64,000 nucleotides of DNA from NCBI GenBank assembly GCA_045537045.1, contig JAZSOS010000033.1, positions 44,838 to 108,837 of the forward strand, read 5' to 3'. This document shows positions 62,177 through 64,000 of this stretch, piece by piece. Both the position numbers and the translations under genes were made by a program. The DNA is from Eubacteriales bacterium (GTDB taxonomy: Bacteria; Bacillota; Clostridia; Oscillospirales; JAAYXM01). The first letter of the stretch is position 1. Each line of letters opens with the position of its first letter. The notes below the pieces were generated by a model. That model searched no databases. It saw only the letters and a list, made by a program, of their open reading frames with translations, and was not told where the DNA came from.

Positions 62177-63499
62177 ATGGCATTTAATTTCAAAGGCGGA
62201 ATACATCCCGACACCAGAAAGTCGGCAACACATAAAAAATCCATCGAGGAAATGAAACCACCGCGCGTGGTTGTTCTTCCCGTTATAATGCATAAAGGCA
62301 CGCCATGCGGCCCTATCGTTGATGTGGGTGAGCGCGTGCTCATCGGGCAGAAGATTGCGGAATCAACATCACCCGACTCCTGCCCTGTTCACTCCCCGAT
62401 ATCCGGAACCGTATGTGCGGTAGAACCGCGTGTTACCGTTTCCGGTGAAAAGGTATTGTCCGTGGTTATAGAAAACGATTTTGAAGAGGAGTCGGTTCCC
62501 GTCGGAGAGACGTATGACCGCTTTCGTACAATTTCCGCTCAGGAGCTTTCTGCCATTGCGCGGGAATGCGGTGTTGTGGGTCTCGGCGGCTCAGCACGCC
62601 CGCTCTCAGGGAAGCTTCTTGATGCGGCAGACAGGGTTGATACCCTTATTATAAACGGTGCGGAATGTGAGCCATATGTCACTGCGGACAACAGAATTAT
62701 GGTTGAATACAGCGAGGAGCTTCACGACGGTGCAATGATTATTGCAAAGGCAGTCGGCGCACGCGAAGTCATTCTTGCAATTGAATCTGATAAGGCACAC
62801 GCGATTGCGGAAATGCGGCGTGTGTTCACGAAAAAATCCGGAATCAAGCTTTCGGTTGTACACACAAAGTACCCGCAGGGTGCAGAGCGCCAGCTTATCT
62901 CTGCACTGCTCGGGCGGGAAATTCCCCCGGACGGAACGGGGGCTGATGTCGGCGCTCTTTGCGTGAATGTTTCCACCGTTGTGGCTCTTTCCCGTGCCGT
63001 ACGCGAAGGAAGACCTCTTTATGAGCGCGTGGTTACGGTTTCCGGCTCTGCCGTTGCAAACCCGAAAAATCTGCTTGTTAAAATCGGAACTCCAATTGAA
63101 GATCTGTTTGATGCGTGCGGTGGATTTCTTGAGCATCCCGACCGCATAATAGCCGGCGGACCGATGATGGGGCACTCCCAGTTTTCGCTCGATGCTCCGG
63201 TGCAGAAGGGCACAAATGCAGTTCTTGCATTCTGCCGCGGTGAGGAAAAAAATGAACCGGAGAGCGTGTGCATCCGTTGTGGAAAATGCGTGGATGCCTG
63301 TCCGATGAACCTCATGCCGCTTTACATTTACAGAGATTATAAGGCCGGAAAGATTTCGGCATGCGAAGAACAAAATGTTTTTGACTGCACGGAATGCGGA
63401 TGCTGTGCATACATCTGCCCTGCACGTATATCGCTTGTTTCCGCCCTTAAAGCGGCAAAGCGAAAGATTCTTGCGCAGAAAAAGGAGGAGCGGCAATGA
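62177..63499 (+). CDS. rnfC: Rnf electron transport complex subunit C
   Basis: FKGGIHP, VHSPISG, NGAECEPY, YPQGAE, GGPMMG, CIRCGKCVDACP, CTECGCCAYICP. Confidence 0.92.
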   Translation: MAFNFKGGIHPDTRKSATHKKSIEEMKPPRVVVLPVIMHKGTPCGPIVDVGERVLIGQKIAESTSPDSCPVHSPISGTVCAVEPRVTVSGEKVLSVVIENDFEEESVPVGETYDRFRTISAQELSAIARECGVVGLGGSARPLSGKLLDAADRVDTLIINGAECEPYVTADNRIMVEYSEELHDGAMIIAKAVGAREVILAIESDKAHAIAEMRRVFTKKSGIKLSVVHTKYPQGAERQLISALLGREIPPDGTGADVGALCVNVSTVVALSRAVREGRPLYERVVTVSGSAVANPKNLLVKIGTPIEDLFDACGGFLEHPDRIIAGGPMMGHSQFSLDAPVQKGTNAVLAFCRGEEKNEPESVCIRCGKCVDACPMNLMPLYIYRDYKAGKISACEEQNVFDCTECGCCAYICPARISLVSALKAAKRKILAQKKEERQ

Positions 63500-64000
63500 G
63501 ACTTGACAACAAACGCTTTCTTATGTCCGGCGCACCGCACATAAAAGCGGAGGAAAACACGCGTTCAATTATGATGGATGTCATAATCGCTCTTATTTTC
63601 CCTCTAATTATGGCTGTTTACTTTTTCGGCTGGCGCGCGCTTTCTCTTACCGGCGTTTCGGTTTTCTCATGCGTTTTCTTCGAGCGGCTCTATATCCGCC
63701 TTGCAAAAAAAGAAAAAACAACCGCTGATTTATCGGCCATCGTTACGGGAATGATTCTTGCGCTTACTCTTCCGGTTGCAACTCCTTTATGGACTGCCGT
63801 AATCGGAGGTGCATTTGCCATTATCGTGGTAAAACAGCTTTACGGGGGGCTGGGTAAAAACTTTCTCAACCCTGCGCTCGCGGCTCGGGCATTCCTGCTC
63901 TCTTTCCCAACTCTTGTATCGCTCTATACAAAACCGAGTCTTGGTGCCGGGGCGCTTCCTCTGTTTGCAAATATCTCTCCGGAGAGTCTCTCCCCTGAAT
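63496..64000 (+). CDS. rnfD: Rnf electron transport complex subunit D (partial, runs off the window)
   Basis: MRLDNKRFLMSGAPHI...IMMDVIIAL...DLSAIVTGMILALTLP...KQLYGGLGKNFLNPALAAR; ATG overlaps the rnfC TGA. Confidence 0.92.
   Translation, partial: MRLDNKRFLMSGAPHIKAEENTRSIMMDVIIALIFPLIMAVYFFGWRALSLTGVSVFSCVFFERLYIRLAKKEKTTADLSAIVTGMILALTLPVATPLWTAVIGGAFAIIVVKQLYGGLGKNFLNPALAARAFLLSFPTLVSLYTKPSLGAGALPLFANISPESLSPE

Overview
This is a gene-dense chromosomal window from an anaerobic Firmicute, probably Clostridia (Oscillospirales-like), inferred from gene content, sigma-A promoters, a PyrR leader and an SLH protein. It holds the start of a group 4 [NiFe]-hydrogenase operon with hypAB and an Mrp/MnhE-type subunit, thyA-folA, a flavodiiron/rubredoxin/ZupT/sulfite-reductase-like cluster, uvrBA, sugar oxidoreductases and a membrane pyrophosphatase. 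It also holds tRNA-Val(GAC), uraA, two gdhA paralogs, metG, dnaD/dnaC-like genes, ferritin, nfnAB, a reduced dut-maf-mreCD-mrdA-minD-mgsA operon, tyrS, mnmG and the start of an rnf operon. I saw no CRISPR array, rRNA, integrase or transposase. Most interesting: (1) an intact P-type ATPase ORF that has lost DKTGT and the other catalytic motifs but keeps the SERCA-type ion-site residues, in frame across a single TAG with a CYTH gene; (2) a stand-alone islet encoding a MuF-motif/barnase toxin and barstar, preceded by six TGGCA motifs at exact 11-bp spacing; (3) a rubredoxin with an in-frame TAG; (4) a nested GTGAAATA/TATTTCAC repeat element after the tRNA; (5) an unannotated 51-aa RiPP-precursor-like peptide; (6) a dispersed hairpin repeat family. 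All calls come from reading motifs by eye; no database searches were run.
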